Under the pieces are notes generated by a model. That model saw only the letters and a list, made by a program, of their open reading frames with translations, did not search any database and had not been told where the DNA came from. Of a stretch of 64,000 nt of DNA, positions 1 to 12,059 are shown piece by piece (positions within the stretch are counted from its first letter, which is position 1; each line of letters begins with the position of its first letter). The DNA comes from Octopus sinensis (taxonomy: Eukaryota), in contig NC_043009.1 of NCBI RefSeq assembly GCF_006345805.1, forward strand, positions 35,092,001-35,156,000, given 5' to 3'. The position numbers and the translations under genes were made by a program.

Positions 1-107
1 AGTAGTAGTAGTTTTTGTTGCTTCTGGAACATGTTGTGACCCTATGTTGACTTTGCAGAGTAGCTCCACCGATTCTATCTCTATATTTAAAGCAGTACGA
101 TCGTTCA

Positions 108-295
108 CTTGCCGGAGAAAATGCTTAGTGGGTGTTCGTCTGACTTTACCTTCTGATGTCAAATTTCGCCGAGGTCGACTTTGCTTTTCAATCTGTCGAG
201 GTCGCTGAAGTACCAGTTTAGCACTGTTGTCAATGTGATGGACTAGTTCCCTTCCCCCAATGTCATGCCTTGTGCCTATAATAAAAAGGACTTTT
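108..295 (+). mobile_element. tRNA-derived SINE, family A (5'-degenerate copy)
   Basis: Shares the core AAATTTCGCCGAGGTCGACTTTGCTTTTCA...GTACCAG with copies at 5.7, 51.5, 58 and 60.6-61.2 kb. Confidence 0.75.
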
Positions 296-1369
296 TTCTT
301 ATTAATTGTATATCGGAAGAGAGGGCGCTTGTTCGTGGTTTGTAAGTTTTCTTTGAAATTTTTTGTCTCATAATTTGGTATTCGAATTTTTGTTGGGCAC
401 GTTACTGATTATACCAATTCGCTTTACATACAGGAAGCTGATTAGGCTAGGATTTCATCCATTAACAGAAAATTTCATCCATTAATAGAGAATTTTAAGA
501 TTTAAAATTTGATATTTCAAAACAAAAATAACAATTTGGTTTCCTATGCTAGTGACAGCTTTTGGAACAGCCACCATGGCATTATTTTCACACCACTGAT
601 TGATATGCTTGAGAGACGAATCACAAACCGTAGCAACAAAAGCAGCAACAGAGGCAGCAACAGCAGTGATTATCAGGATAAAATTAAAAATGACACAAGC
701 ACCAGCGCCCTCACCTGCTTTCATGTATACTTAAATATATTTGTTTTCCGAAATAGATTGTGCTCTGTTTGAGGCTCTGATGAAATTGTAAGGTGTTACT
801 CAGGCATTCATCTATGTATCCACTGCATTTTATAATGGAAATAGCTGCAAGCGTTTGAAGTTCATAAATTAATCGTTATTCCTTTGTCATCTCTTTCCTT
901 ATATATATATATATATAGTTTACTGTTTCCTTAAGTTAAGATAAACAAAAAAAAGTACTTCATTCGATGAGAGATAAATATTGCTTAGTGTACACAGTAT
1001 ATGGCTATGAACTACAAAGAGTTTCATACATTGGAAATGTTTTCTTCGCTGGTTTTAATAACACTTACAGTGAGCACATATACCTTATACATGTTACAAG
1101 TGAGGACTATAGAACAAGAGGAATCATGAGAAAAAATGAGAGGAAGGTGGATAAAATATTTGGAAGGGTGAAAAAAAACCCGGAAAAAATAAAGAAAAGA
1201 AAGAAAAATAAAGAAAAAAGAAAGAGATTTAGGTCTTTGTCCACTTTGGTCGTAAAGTCATAAAGTCAGTTGGTGTAGAATCAACGTCTGCGATAGAGTT
1301 GCTCAATCCAAAGAGGGTAGTGGTCTCCAATACGCCAATGTCTGCATTTGCTGAAACTTTTAGATCTAG

Positions 1370-1570
1370 AATTCAACAGAGCGGTGGAGTTCTTAGATCC
1401 TAAAAGGATATGCAATCTTCTAGCCACGCATAACTTGCATGTTTTAGATTCATTAACATATGACATGATTTTTCTACGATTTTCCACTTGTATGTGCATA
1501 TTAAAAATGCTTATCCCTCAGCTGATGGATTACTTCTTAATTGATCATACCTTTACGGAAAAGTAAACCG
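1370..1570 (-). mobile_element. Penelope-like element, GIY-YIG endonuclease C-terminal fragment (decayed)
   Basis: Minus-strand translation KWKIVEK.../ESKTCKLCVARRLHILLGSKNSTALLNSRSKSFSKCRH matches the PLE endonuclease end CxLC...LLNxRxE...KCRH; frameshifted. Confidence 0.8.
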
Positions 1571-1723
1571 TATACACATATATACCGGTATACGTACATG
1601 CACGCACACACACACACAAACATACATATATATAGTTGGGTTTTACAAAATAACAAAAGTCGAAGACAGTTATATAAACAACAAACAGGTGTATTAGCGT
1701 AATGCTCTGGGAGGTGAGAAAGT

Positions 1724-1759
1724 CTTTTACGTTTCGAGCCTATGCTCTTCAACAGAAAG
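1724..1759 (-). ncRNA. Minimal type-I hammerhead-like motif, core CUGUUGA (A6U)
   Basis: CTTT-CTGTTGA-A-GAGC-ATAG-GCTC-GAAA-CG-T-A-AAAG: stems I and II pair, and stem III is the palindrome ACGT. Confidence 0.55.
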
Positions 1760-1899
1760 GAACACGAGAAAATAAACAGAGAGAATAAAAAGAAAGCTTT
1801 AGCGGCTAGCAGTCAGTTATAACGGCTGGCTGGACGGAGTTGGTCAGACGTGAAAGCTAGGAAGAAGGGGAGATAATAAAGTAGATGTGATCCCAATAC

Positions 1900-2600
1900 G
1901 AAGGTGCGCGTGTGTCTGCATGTGAGTGTGTAAGTGTGTGCGTGTGGATAGGGGCTGGTGACCTTGAGGTGTGGCTGTGTGCATGTGTAGGTATATGCGT
2001 CTGTAACGTGTGGGTGTGTGGATGATAGTGTGTGTGCTGGGAAGTGGTCAGTGCTAGTGTGTACGGGGTGGTGTGACGTGGTTTGATGTGGTGTGATGTT
2101 GTGTGGTACGGCATGATGTTGTGTGGTGGTGTGTGGTGTAGTGTGGGTGCTGGGAAATAGTCAATGCTAATGTGTGCGTTGTAATGCGATGTGGTGTGGT
2201 GGTGTTGTAATGTATGGTGTGTTGTGTGCTGTCTTGTGGTATTATGGTATGGTGGTGTGGTGTGGCATGATGTGGTGTTGTAGATTGATGGTGTGGCATG
2301 GTGTTGTTGGGGTGTGGAGTATGTGAGCGTGGGTGGGGTTTTGGTGTGAGGATGTGAGTGTAGGGGTGGGGTATGTGGGAGTGGAGTACGTGAGGTTCGT
2401 TGGAGTTGGATCTGTGGGTGTGAGGTGGGGTGGTGGGATTTGGATTATCGGGATGATGGGGTTGGTATGTGTAGGGGTGTGGTGTGGATGAATGGGTAAC
2501 GATGAAATGAGATGGTGGGTAGGAGTGAAGAGAGGAAGTAGGTGGGAGATGAAGAGAGAAGAGAGGTGGGGAATCATATGAAGAGGGGAGGGAATTTGAA
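1900..2600. repeat. GT-rich low-complexity tract (GTGTG/GGTGT)
   Basis: Seen directly; it is the source of the His/Thr/Pro-rich spurious ORFs. Confidence 0.9.
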
Positions 2601-2885
2601 ACCATGTCGCACAAAGGAGCGAAGAGAGAAGATTAATTCCTGTTCACGGCGAAAGCAGGAGTCCCGATGGCACCTGTTCAAAGACATTCCAAACACAGAC
2701 AGGTGCTGTTATGAATGACAGGTAAAGCGGAATTGACACGAGACCGGGGTGTCGTTGCCGAGTCTAATGTCTCGGACGTGTTCTGCGAACCGGTCAACAA
2801 ACGGCATCCCGTTTGACCAATGTATAGTGAAAGGCAGAAAGAGCAGGAGACGCAGTAAATGACGTTGCTTATAAGTTCGTGTAAA

Positions 2886-2927
<42 letters not shown>

Positions 2928-3014
2928 CTAAATTTGTCTATATATTTAATATACCTGTATACGTATATAGACACGTATACACACATGCATATATATATAT
3001 ATAAAAACAGTAAT

Positions 3015-3700
3015 ATCTGTCGTTCTGTTTGTCTGTTACCATCTTAGAGCCTAAATCAGCGAACCTATATTTATGAAACTTTGCATACATGTTACACTAC
3101 CATTCAGTTCAATTACAGGATAATTGAATTTCAATAAAAATGTAGAATGTTCCCCCAGGGGCGTTGGGCGAATTATATGATAAAATGAGAAGGTTGCAAA
3201 ACGTTTTAGTCTGAGGGAAAGGTAGTAGCAGAGAGAGGGTGACTTATATCAGTGAAAGCGAGAATAGCGGTGGCAATGGGATGTTAACGTTAGTAAAGCT
3301 GTCACATACACACGTCGTTGCATGCATACTTTAGATACTGCATAGATACAACACATACACACACACAAACACCCACCCACATAATACCTATATATAATAC
3401 GTACGTACATGCATATATCTACTATAAACCATTTTAAACTCGTGGTTACCTGTGTGTGCATTTGTAATTGTGAGTGCGTGTATGTGTGTGTGTGTGACAT
3501 CCTATAATTGCCTGTCTCTCTGTTGCTGTGACATATTGTGAGATTTTAAAATTATGTCAAAAATTTCAAATTTGGTATATTGAAATAAGTTTCCGATTTT
3601 GTTATTTATTTGTTCCTAACCTCCAGCTGAATTATAGGCAAATTGAATTTCAATGAAAATCTATAATGGGCCCCTAGGGACGTGGCTTTAGCTCATGCTT
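3015..3700 (+). mobile_element. Possible non-autonomous Helitron/HINE-like repeats (two related segments)
   Basis: CTGTTTGTCTGTT...TTTATGAAACTTTGCATACATG motif; a ~50-bp block ATTGAATTTCAATRAAAAT...CCCCYAGGGRCGT recurs near 3123 and 3641. Confidence 0.35.
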
Positions 3701-5532
3701 ACAAATCAGCTACGATAAGCTACGACATGCGACAACGCCAGCTACAATACGCGGACTATTTGTCAATGTATTTGTAAATATCTCTATTTAATATATGTCA
3801 CTCAAATGCACAGGGAATGGAACAGTGCCATGGTAAACGAGAACTGGAGATAACACCCGCTTTTCCGGTATTACCGGTCAAATAATTTATTTTACTCAGA
3901 TGCATATTCATTTGTTAAAAGAACATAGGGACATTCGACTAATCGTATTAATGGTTTGAAATAATTCTTTCTTAGCAATAAACTATTACTATAAAGTCAG
4001 AATGCTGGCTCCATTTTTAAAGAATACGTGGTAATAAAGACAGCAAATGTAAATCCGACAAATTGTTGGGTGTGCAGTTTAGTAGTTTGAGAGGCAACTG
4101 CATGCCGTAGGAAAGTATCGTGGTTTACTATAAAGACGGACGAGGTCAAAAGGAATCTAAATGAAGCTACGTGAATGGTGGCCAACATCATCCGTAAATG
4201 TGCTGATGGAATACCATCTCCTAGAGTTCGAACCGTGGCGGCGAATGCTTGCATCATTTTTGTTATAATTTACTGCGTAACAGTAATGCATTACATCAGT
4301 CTCTTTCTGAGCCTATCAGAACTTCTACACTTCTGCTTGGTGTGGAATGGTCGTGTTCCATTAGACGGTACTACATATGCTTCGAGCGCAATCTGGAAAA
4401 TGAGATTAGTGTATCGTGGTTTTTGAGATACAAACATGCACCTGTGGCTAGGTCACCTGCGTCCTTGGAGAGTAAGCAGGGAGGGCGGTCTCTATTTGCA
4501 AGGTGCTCTGCAGCTCCTCACTTCGACCGAAACGGCACTGAGTCCTGTGTCAAGAAAAGACCAAGATTGGGCAACTAACCTCTAGAATGTCTCAATAGTG
4601 CTGCACCCTCCAACAGTCAGGCAACGCGATCGGTGGAAATTCTGCGTTAGCAATAACTCTAGGTGTCGATGAACACGAATTGGCTGTTCTGCTTTGGAGT
4701 GCTTTCGGGTTTTATGGATAACTATCAAAAGACACTTGACTTGACATACAACTTTTAGGTTTCAAGTCAATAATGAATTTTGAAATTTTGGACATTCCAT
4801 CGATTACATTTTCTAATGTATTGATAAAACGGTGTCTGGCTAAACCATTAAACCAACAGCAATTAAGATTATTAAATGATCAGAAAATTTGCTCATCTTT
4901 AAAGATTAAAATGGTTCAATATTTACATGTTAACTAGGTCCTTTATTTCTTGATGTATAAATGAAAAATTGATAATCTTAATTTATACTGTTCCTACATG
5001 CACGGCACAATGGTAAAGCCCATTATGTTTAGTTTTAAGATAAAGTCCATTTGTTCGAATCCTGGTAAGCACTATGGACATAGGTAGTTAAGTTAAAGGT
5101 CGAAGATCATATAAATTGAAGTGTAGCATAAATGGAGATATTGGAAACTTATTTTCAAAGATCAAGTTAATAGTGAGAAACAAATCGGTGCTTCTCTTAC
5201 GATATCATACTACTCATAATCAGTAAAATTTCAGTGTCACACCTACAAATAAGATTCTTCTCAACATGTACTTCTTCAATTGCTCTTTATTACCACAATT
5301 TCCCTTGCTTCTTCTCCCACTCTCTGTACCAGTATCTCATCAACTTTTACGTATAATCCATGGAAAGTGCGTATATCTTTACTCAATCGTATAATAGCAT
5401 GATATCCTACTATTTAGAATTCTCAGCTGAATTTCTTGGCATTATTATTTAATATCTTATATTTCTTCTCTGCCAACCTACAACGTTTGCTCAGTTAAAA
5501 TAGTTTGTTTCTTACGCCTAACAAAATAAATT

Positions 5533-5591
5533 CTTCTTCTTCTTCTTCTTCTTCCTCCTCCTCCCCCTCCTTCTCCTCACCATCATCATCA

Positions 5592-5625
<34 letters not shown>

Positions 5626-5639
5626 CATCATTATCATCA

Positions 5640-5697
<58 letters not shown>
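5533..5697. repeat. Compound trinucleotide microsatellite (CTT/CAT/ATT)n
   Basis: Seen directly. Confidence 0.95.
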
Positions 5698-5700
<3 letters not shown>

Positions 5701-5910
5701 GGCAACGATCTGGCAGAATCGTTAGCATGCTGGACGAAGTACTTAGCCGTATTTCACCCGTGGCTACATTCTGAGTGTTCAAATTTCACCGATTTCGACT
5801 TTCCCTTTACTCCTTTCGGAGTCGAGAAAATAAGTACCAGTTGAATACTGGTGTTGATGTAAGCGATACCTCTCCACATCCCCGAAGCTGCCCTTGTGGC
5901 AAAAAATTGA

Positions 5911-5915
<5 letters not shown>
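5698..5915 (+). mobile_element. tRNA-derived SINE, family A, inserted in (ATT)n
   Basis: Head AAGGCAACGATCTGGCAGAATCGTTAGCA... plus the family A core; flanked on both sides by (ATT)n. Confidence 0.85.
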
Positions 5916-5979
<64 letters not shown>

Positions 5980-5995
5980 TTCATATACGCACAAC

Positions 5996-7542
5996 AGATT
6001 AGACTGTTGGAAAAGAAAAAATTCTTAACTTCGGGTTACAGTAAGTAACCTTATATGCCAAAAATTCTCGTAAGTATTCTAGCTGTCCCTAACAACACTG
6101 TTTTCTGGATCTGTACTAAACTGGCTCTTATGCCTATTTCCTCTATCCATCTGTTCAAATATTTAGGGAAAGTTCCCAATGCCCTTATAACTACTGGGAT
6201 ACATTTTACCTTCACTTTTCATAGTCTCTGTAATTCAATAGCTAGGTACTTTGCTATTGTTCTATACCTCTCATATTGACTTTTTCATAATTTGGGACTG
6301 TAAAGTCAATAATCTGGCTTTTTTTTATTCTCCGTATCCACTACTACTAAATCAAGCCTTCTAGTTTCTATTCAGTCTAAATGTTAAAGTCCCTGAACAT
6401 CATGTATTTCTTACTTTCTAGCATTTTACTAGGTTTATGTTCATACCATTTATCAGTATGATCAAATCTTAGCTTCCAGTGGATTACTGTCCCCAGCTTG
6501 TCATGTCTTTTCTTGTATCTTTTGTGTACCAGCACGTTACATTCAATTATTATATGAGTAATACTTTCCTGTTTTGATTTGCATAACCTACATTGGGAAT
6601 ATACTTGGCTTTGTCTATCTTGGCTTTTATCCTGTTAGTCCTTAGTATTTGATCCTGTGCTGCTACTAACAACCTCTCTGTCTCCCTTTTCAGCTTTCCT
6701 TTCTGCAATCATAACCATGTCTCACTACAACTATTTGCCGCAACTATTTTTGGGAATCTACCATGCAATGCCTTCTTCTGCCAGTCAAACAATTTCTTTC
6801 CTTTTCTTTTTTTTTTTTGGTTTATCACTTTGATTGAGTTTTTTGGTTTCCCTATTTCTTGCTGTGATTCCAGCAGTTTAAAAAAACAACTTTCTTCACC
6901 CTTACCTACGTATGAGTTTATATCAACTCTAGCTAACTGCACGCATTCTTCTACTGATATCAACCCTCTTCCACCTTCTTTTCTACTATGTAAGTATAAT
7001 CTTGCGACTTCTGATCCTACATTCATAGTGAATTCACTCTAGTTCTTCTGTCAAGATTTGATAATTCAGTTTTTGTCCAATCTACAAATGCTGCTGAGTA
7101 TGTTAGTAACGATACTGCCCAAGTATTTACAGCCTTCACTAGATCCGTGCCATTTAGCATTGACTTTATTAGCTTCCTCATCTTTCTGATGTATTCCTCA
7201 ATTTTCGTTTTCATTTCTATAGTTAGTACTCTGTCAGATTCTAATACACCTAAATACTTATAACTCTCCCCCACTTTCAATGATTTTAATATCTGGCCCT
7301 CTGGTAATCGGATGCCTTCGCTGTTGGCTACCTGTTCCCGTCTCATGACTAATATTGCACACTTATCTATGCCGAATTCCATACCTATATCTTTGCTGAA
7401 GAGTCTTACAGTCTGTATTAAGGAATCCCTCTCTTTTTCATTCTTACTAAAAAGCTTCAGATGATTCATGTAGAGCAAATGGCTAATTTTCTCCCTTACT
7501 ATTTCTGAACAGATACCCTGCCTTTGCCTCCCATAATACTAA

Positions 7543-7573
<31 letters not shown>

Positions 7574-9970
7574 TTGTTGTGGGGGGGAATCAAATATAAG
7601 ACAATTACTACAAGAATAATGAGACCCCTGGAAAATTCCCCTTTTGATATTAACATTCCCTAAAAGTGTGTCATCTGTGGAGAGATCTACATTACATTTC
7701 TTCATGCGAAAGCTAATTCTCTTATGTTTTCTGTTATACTAAATATACCCAAATATTCACTTATCCATGAGTGTGGGATCATGTTACAGGCTTTCCTATA
7801 ATTTCCCCATGCTATAGTTAGATTTTTCTTTCTAGATTTTACTTCATTTAGAACTTCATTTAGAACTGCTTTGTACTACTACCCATCCTACATAGATCAA
7901 TAAGTTAGTGTCTTCGGTTTTTCAGATTTCCCAAACAATTTCAGGTCATCTATAAACAGACGATGGTTCAGTGATGGGCCTTTCTTCCCACATCGGTAAC
8001 CCCTTAGCTTTCCTAAGTGTCATTGTTATGGGTATTAGTGAGATTATAAATAGTAACGGAGAAAACGAGTCACCTTGGAAGATATCCATCTTAATATTAA
8101 CTTCTCAAAGGAATACATTACCTGGGTACAATTTGGTTCTTCACTCTTTCATGCTATGCATCTGAAAAGTTGTGATATTGTCAGCATTACCAAACATCTG
8201 CAGGTATTCAACGATCCAAGAATAAGGCTTCATATCATATGCCTTCATAAAGTCAAACCAAGCGATAGACATGTTTGTATGATGTTTTTTACAATGCCTC
8301 AAAACTGTTTTATCGATGACCAGGTGATCGTTTGTACGCTGAGAACTATTCTTTTTTGTTCCCTTGGTGATATTTCGTCCTGTGCCAGGAAAGTATATGT
8401 CATTGCCGCACATATTCCAGTGAATATCTTCCAGAATATGTTCAGCCGTGCCATGGGATGGTATTTCCACACAAAATTCCCCTTTCTTCTACATTTCATT
8501 ATAAGTGTTGTTGTCCCAGTCACCATCCACCCGGGAACTGTACCTTTCTGGACATACTAATTCAATTGGGCTGCTAATCTTTCATGCACTGCGTGGGATC
8601 TCTTCAGCCAAAAGCCATGAAACTCATCTGGTCAGGGGGCTTTCCAGTTAGACGCTTTACCCACTTGTTATTTCACGTCAACTGTACTTATGACAACATT
8701 TCTTTGTTTCTTTCCTCCTTGTAATTCTGTCTTGATAGTTCCTATCTAAGTTGCATCCCTTTTATGCATCACATTTTCCCCTATAATCCGCTCAAGAACT
8801 CCTCGGCACAATTTGCATCAGAAGCAGCATTTCCCCCCATTGTCTCTTTCCAACGTTCGGAAGAATTACTTCGGGTTGTTTTCGAACCGCTTATTTCTGT
8901 TCACAAATCTTCTGATCTTCTGGCTTTTTGCCATGATCCTCTGTTTTAACTGCTCTATTACTGCATAAAACCCGTTCTTCTGTATTTTATATTTCTTCTT
9001 TAATTTATCTTGGTTGTTCTTTTTCCTATTTCTCCAGTTGCCTATTAACCATTGCTCAATTTTCCTAGATATTGCCTTGCCTGCATTATGTCCCTTTCAA
9101 TGCGTCGTTTCCATCATGGTTCTTTTGCTCCACCATTTTTTTGTTCTCTTAAGTTGTAATTTCTCCTCAACAAGTAGTGCAATAGCTCGGAGAATATTCC
9201 TTGTTTGTGTTATGCCCTGGATGTATCGTATGATAATATTTATCTTTTATGTTACTTTATTTATTATACTCCTATCTATCCTTCTCATATTCATGGTAAT
9301 TTTTTTCTGGAGCATTCATCAAGTCGGTGAGTCGTCTTTGAATTTCAAGCAATTCATTATCTAGTTGGTTCATTTCCCCAGCATGACACCTACCATAGTA
9401 TCAAGGTTCTTTGTATAACGTTCCTGTTCCTCATCCTTAACAACCCCATCACCATTTCCCTGTTCCTTCTGTCTACTCTTCTCTCTGCTTTCAACTCCTA
9501 CCTCTCTGTTTTCAGCTCTGACCATCCTTTGTAGAATATTCGCAAGGTTTCTCAGACTCACACTAATCCGAGATATTACTACTCCATTTGAGGAACCCTT
9601 CTTCCTAATCATTCTCACTTGATTCATTAGTTAATTTTCTGACATAGGACACGTGTTCTTTTCCATCCAAAATTTCAAGGTACGTCGGCCTACTCCGCGA
9701 CTTCTTTCCAGCTTCGCTCTTTCATGACACTCAATATGTGTGTCGTACTTTTTTCCGTCGTCCACTTATGTCTGTTTTTGTGCACACGATGTATGTGATC
9801 TGTTGTAACAAAGAAGATGCAAAGCGAGATCACTGTCCTTGATGCAGGCGGTTTCAGACGTGCCCAGTGGGAAACCATTATGATCGGATATAGCTCCATT
9901 CTCGCCGTTAATTCTTTCATCGTTATGTAGCATCATGATTTCATGAGTCGTTCGTGGGATTCCCATGAGA
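5996..9970 (-). mobile_element. Dong/R4-clade non-LTR retrotransposon (RT plus restriction-like endonuclease), near full length, decayed
   Basis: Fragments in order on the minus strand: LMNQVRMIRKKG; WMVTGTTTLIMK; DHLVIDKTVL..AWFDFMKAYD; RGIFQG; LYMNHLKLFSKNEKE..GMEFGIDKCA; YKYLGVLE; AVNTWAVSLLTYSA; RLYLHSRKEGGRGLISVEEC; then RPDLVVVD..IIDF and QKTVLLGTARIL. Many stops and frameshifts; a (TG)n tract at about 7546-7572 lies inside the RT. Confidence 0.9.
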
Positions 9971-10189
9971 GTTATTGAGATCCCACTTCTCTCTTCCTCT
10001 CTTTATTTGTATATACACGTGCACATGTGTGTACATACACGTATATACAGCTAACGTGCTTGCATTGAGTCGCCTCCATAACCACATTGATTATCATTAT
10101 CACAATTGTTCTACCTATAGCATTTAAAATTATCAATAATAATACGGGATCCGGTATTTTGTAGCAGATCTTCGTCACTATTTATCAAA

Positions 10190-10500
10190 TACTCGGCAAG
10201 AATTCTCCTTTCACACCTAATACAATGGTCTATACTAATTAGTCCCCTGCCACCATTCTTTCTTTTCATATACAGTCTGTTTACGCTTGCAGTTAACACT
10301 TTATGCTATCTCTTGCGCTCCCTACATGATTGGTAATCCACGGATCATTCTCAACTAATTTTTAGTTCTTTTACTGGTAATTTCAAGTGCTCCCACAATC
10401 ACTGGTATTGTAACCGTTTTGAGATGCTATATTTGCTCCAACTACTGTCGTCAACTGCCCACCGTTCTCTTTTGGTTTTCTATTCAGCTTGAGCAGTGAC
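10190..10500 (-). mobile_element. Additional Dong/R4-type fragments (post-RT region and RLE C-terminus)
   Basis: RLYMKRKNGGRGLISIDHC and IPVIVGALEI...AQEIA. Confidence 0.7.
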
Positions 10501-10847
10501 ATCAGCAGAAAGGCCTTCCTGTTCAGACGTAATTTTTCCGCTGATAATTGTCTCTTGTTGTATGCTATTTTTGTTTTAGTATCTTAAGCGCCTTAAGCCC
10601 ATAGACAGAAATTAGTCTTCATTTGTTTTCGAAGTTTTATTTCCGAACATATCTGTTTTTTTCCTATTTAAAATGAGACGTGTTACATGTTATATTTATT
10701 GTTATTATTATGTCTCTTTCAATTTGTTTAAACACTGTGCGCTCTACGTTGTCTTGTTCCTGACCGAGATGTACGGGCGCATGAGTGAATTATATAAACA
10801 TTACATTTTTGTGGATTTGTGAAGAGATGAGATTGCATTTGTACTCA

Positions 10848-10901
<54 letters not shown>
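10848..10901. repeat. (ATT)n microsatellite
   Basis: Seen directly. Confidence 0.95.
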
Positions 10902-10949
10902 GTTCATATACGCACAACTAATTTTTCGACATCTGGTGTATCATCCACA

Positions 10950-11380
10950 GTTTCAAAACACACGAGATGTCGAACTATCGTTCACTTGATAATAATTGCA
11001 CTCTTCTATTTTTGGTTCTATATCTTCTGGAGTCCTTTAAATATTAATAATAATAATAAGAATAATAATAAAATGGCATTCTTCTGTTTTGCTTCTATAT
11101 CTCATAGAGGAGTAACCTCAGTCCTTTAAATATTAACCAAACTGAAGTAGATTGACAAGTTTAGTTTTTGAACCTATGGAAGACACACGAGATGTTCACT
11201 TGATAACAATAGCACCTTTCTATTTTTGCTTCTACTATATCTTCTGAAGATGTTACTTCAGTCCTATAAATATTAACCAAATTGAAGTAGACTGACATGT
11301 TTATTTTTCGAAACTGTGGAAGACAGACGAGATGTCGAAATATCGTTCACTTGATAACAATGACACTCTTCTATTTTTGC
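10950..11380. repeat. Degenerate tandem repeat, about 140-bp unit, 3 copies
   Basis: CACACGAGATGT...TTCACTTGATAA...TTCTATTTTTG recurs at about 10959, 11184 and 11324. Confidence 0.75.
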
Positions 11381-11393
11381 TATCATTATCATT

Positions 11394-11403
11394 ACTACTA
11401 CTA

Positions 11404-11458
<55 letters not shown>
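11394..11458. repeat. (TAC)n microsatellite
   Basis: Seen directly. Confidence 0.95.
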
Positions 11459-11489
11459 GCCTTTCCACAGCTTCTAACGCTGGAGATGT

Positions 11490-11690
11490 ACTACAGTGTC
11501 AGCTACCAGTGAACTAAGGTAACACCTCTTATTTCTTGAGCAATTTCCGGAGTATTCGAGTGGTTCCAAGCAGTGCTGTTTTCTGCAAGTGCTCCAGCCT
11601 TATTGCAGCTTCTATTTGTTCCACGTAATTATCGAGATTTTTGCTAACTGTTCCCAGGGCTTGGACAGTTATTGGTACTGCCACTCATGG
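11490..11690 (-). mobile_element. Dong/R4-type LINE 3' end fragment
   Basis: VAVPITVQALGTVSKNLDNYVEQIEAAIRLEHLQKTALLGTTRILRKLL*, followed after a short UTR by (TAG)n on the minus strand. Confidence 0.8.
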
Positions 11691-12059
11691 TAGCACTGAA
11701 TAATAAAAATCCCACTTTAATTTCTTTAGGAATACCTTCTGACATTTACTTCACCCCTACCTATTCCTATAAATAGAAAATCTCTTTTGTCTCCATAGAA
11801 TATCCCTCCCCACTTTCTAGCAGTTCAAAATAACTTAAAGAAAATTATTGAGTCAGAAGATAAATTCTAATAACTTAATGTTCTTAACATTCAAATCAAC
11901 ATCTCTGTCTGGAAAACCTCTATATATGGCTGATGATTGCTCAACATTTTAAAAATGTTGTAATACTTACAATGTTTAATAAAATGATGTAACCTGAAAC
12001 GATCGTACCAAATTACCGAAGATATTCTTGTTGCTTATTTTGAGTATATATATATAAAC

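Larger units (their letters stand above)
1680..2880 (-). mobile_element. Penelope-like element 3' portion: GIY-YIG domain, CA-rich 3' UTR and hammerhead-like motif
   Basis: About 2595-2875 (-) reads SNVIYCVSCSFCLSLYIGQTGCRLxDRFAEHVRDIRLGNDTPVS...EQELIFSLRSFVRHG (IYC-x-CxxC-YIG-T-R pattern). It is followed by low-complexity CA-rich sequence and an HHR-like motif at 1724-1759. Confidence 0.85.

Noticed and set aside
1069-1106. Possible 38-nt minus-strand mini-exon (TAG| ... |GTAAGT)
   Set aside because: Weak exonic donor context, no recognisable peptide, and no partner exons.
1233-1403. Apparent + strand terminal exon (VFVHFGRKVIKSVG...)
   Set aside because: It lacks a pyrimidine tract, is short, and overlaps or adjoins the antisense of the PLE endonuclease fragment.
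2054-2614. 186-aa His/Pro/Thr-rich ORF
   Set aside because: It is the translation of the GT-rich low-complexity tract in a PLE UTR.
5495-5994. Poly-N/L/I ORFs (likewise 24596-25027, 25482-25868 and 58275-58707)
   Set aside because: These are microsatellite translations with no coding signal.
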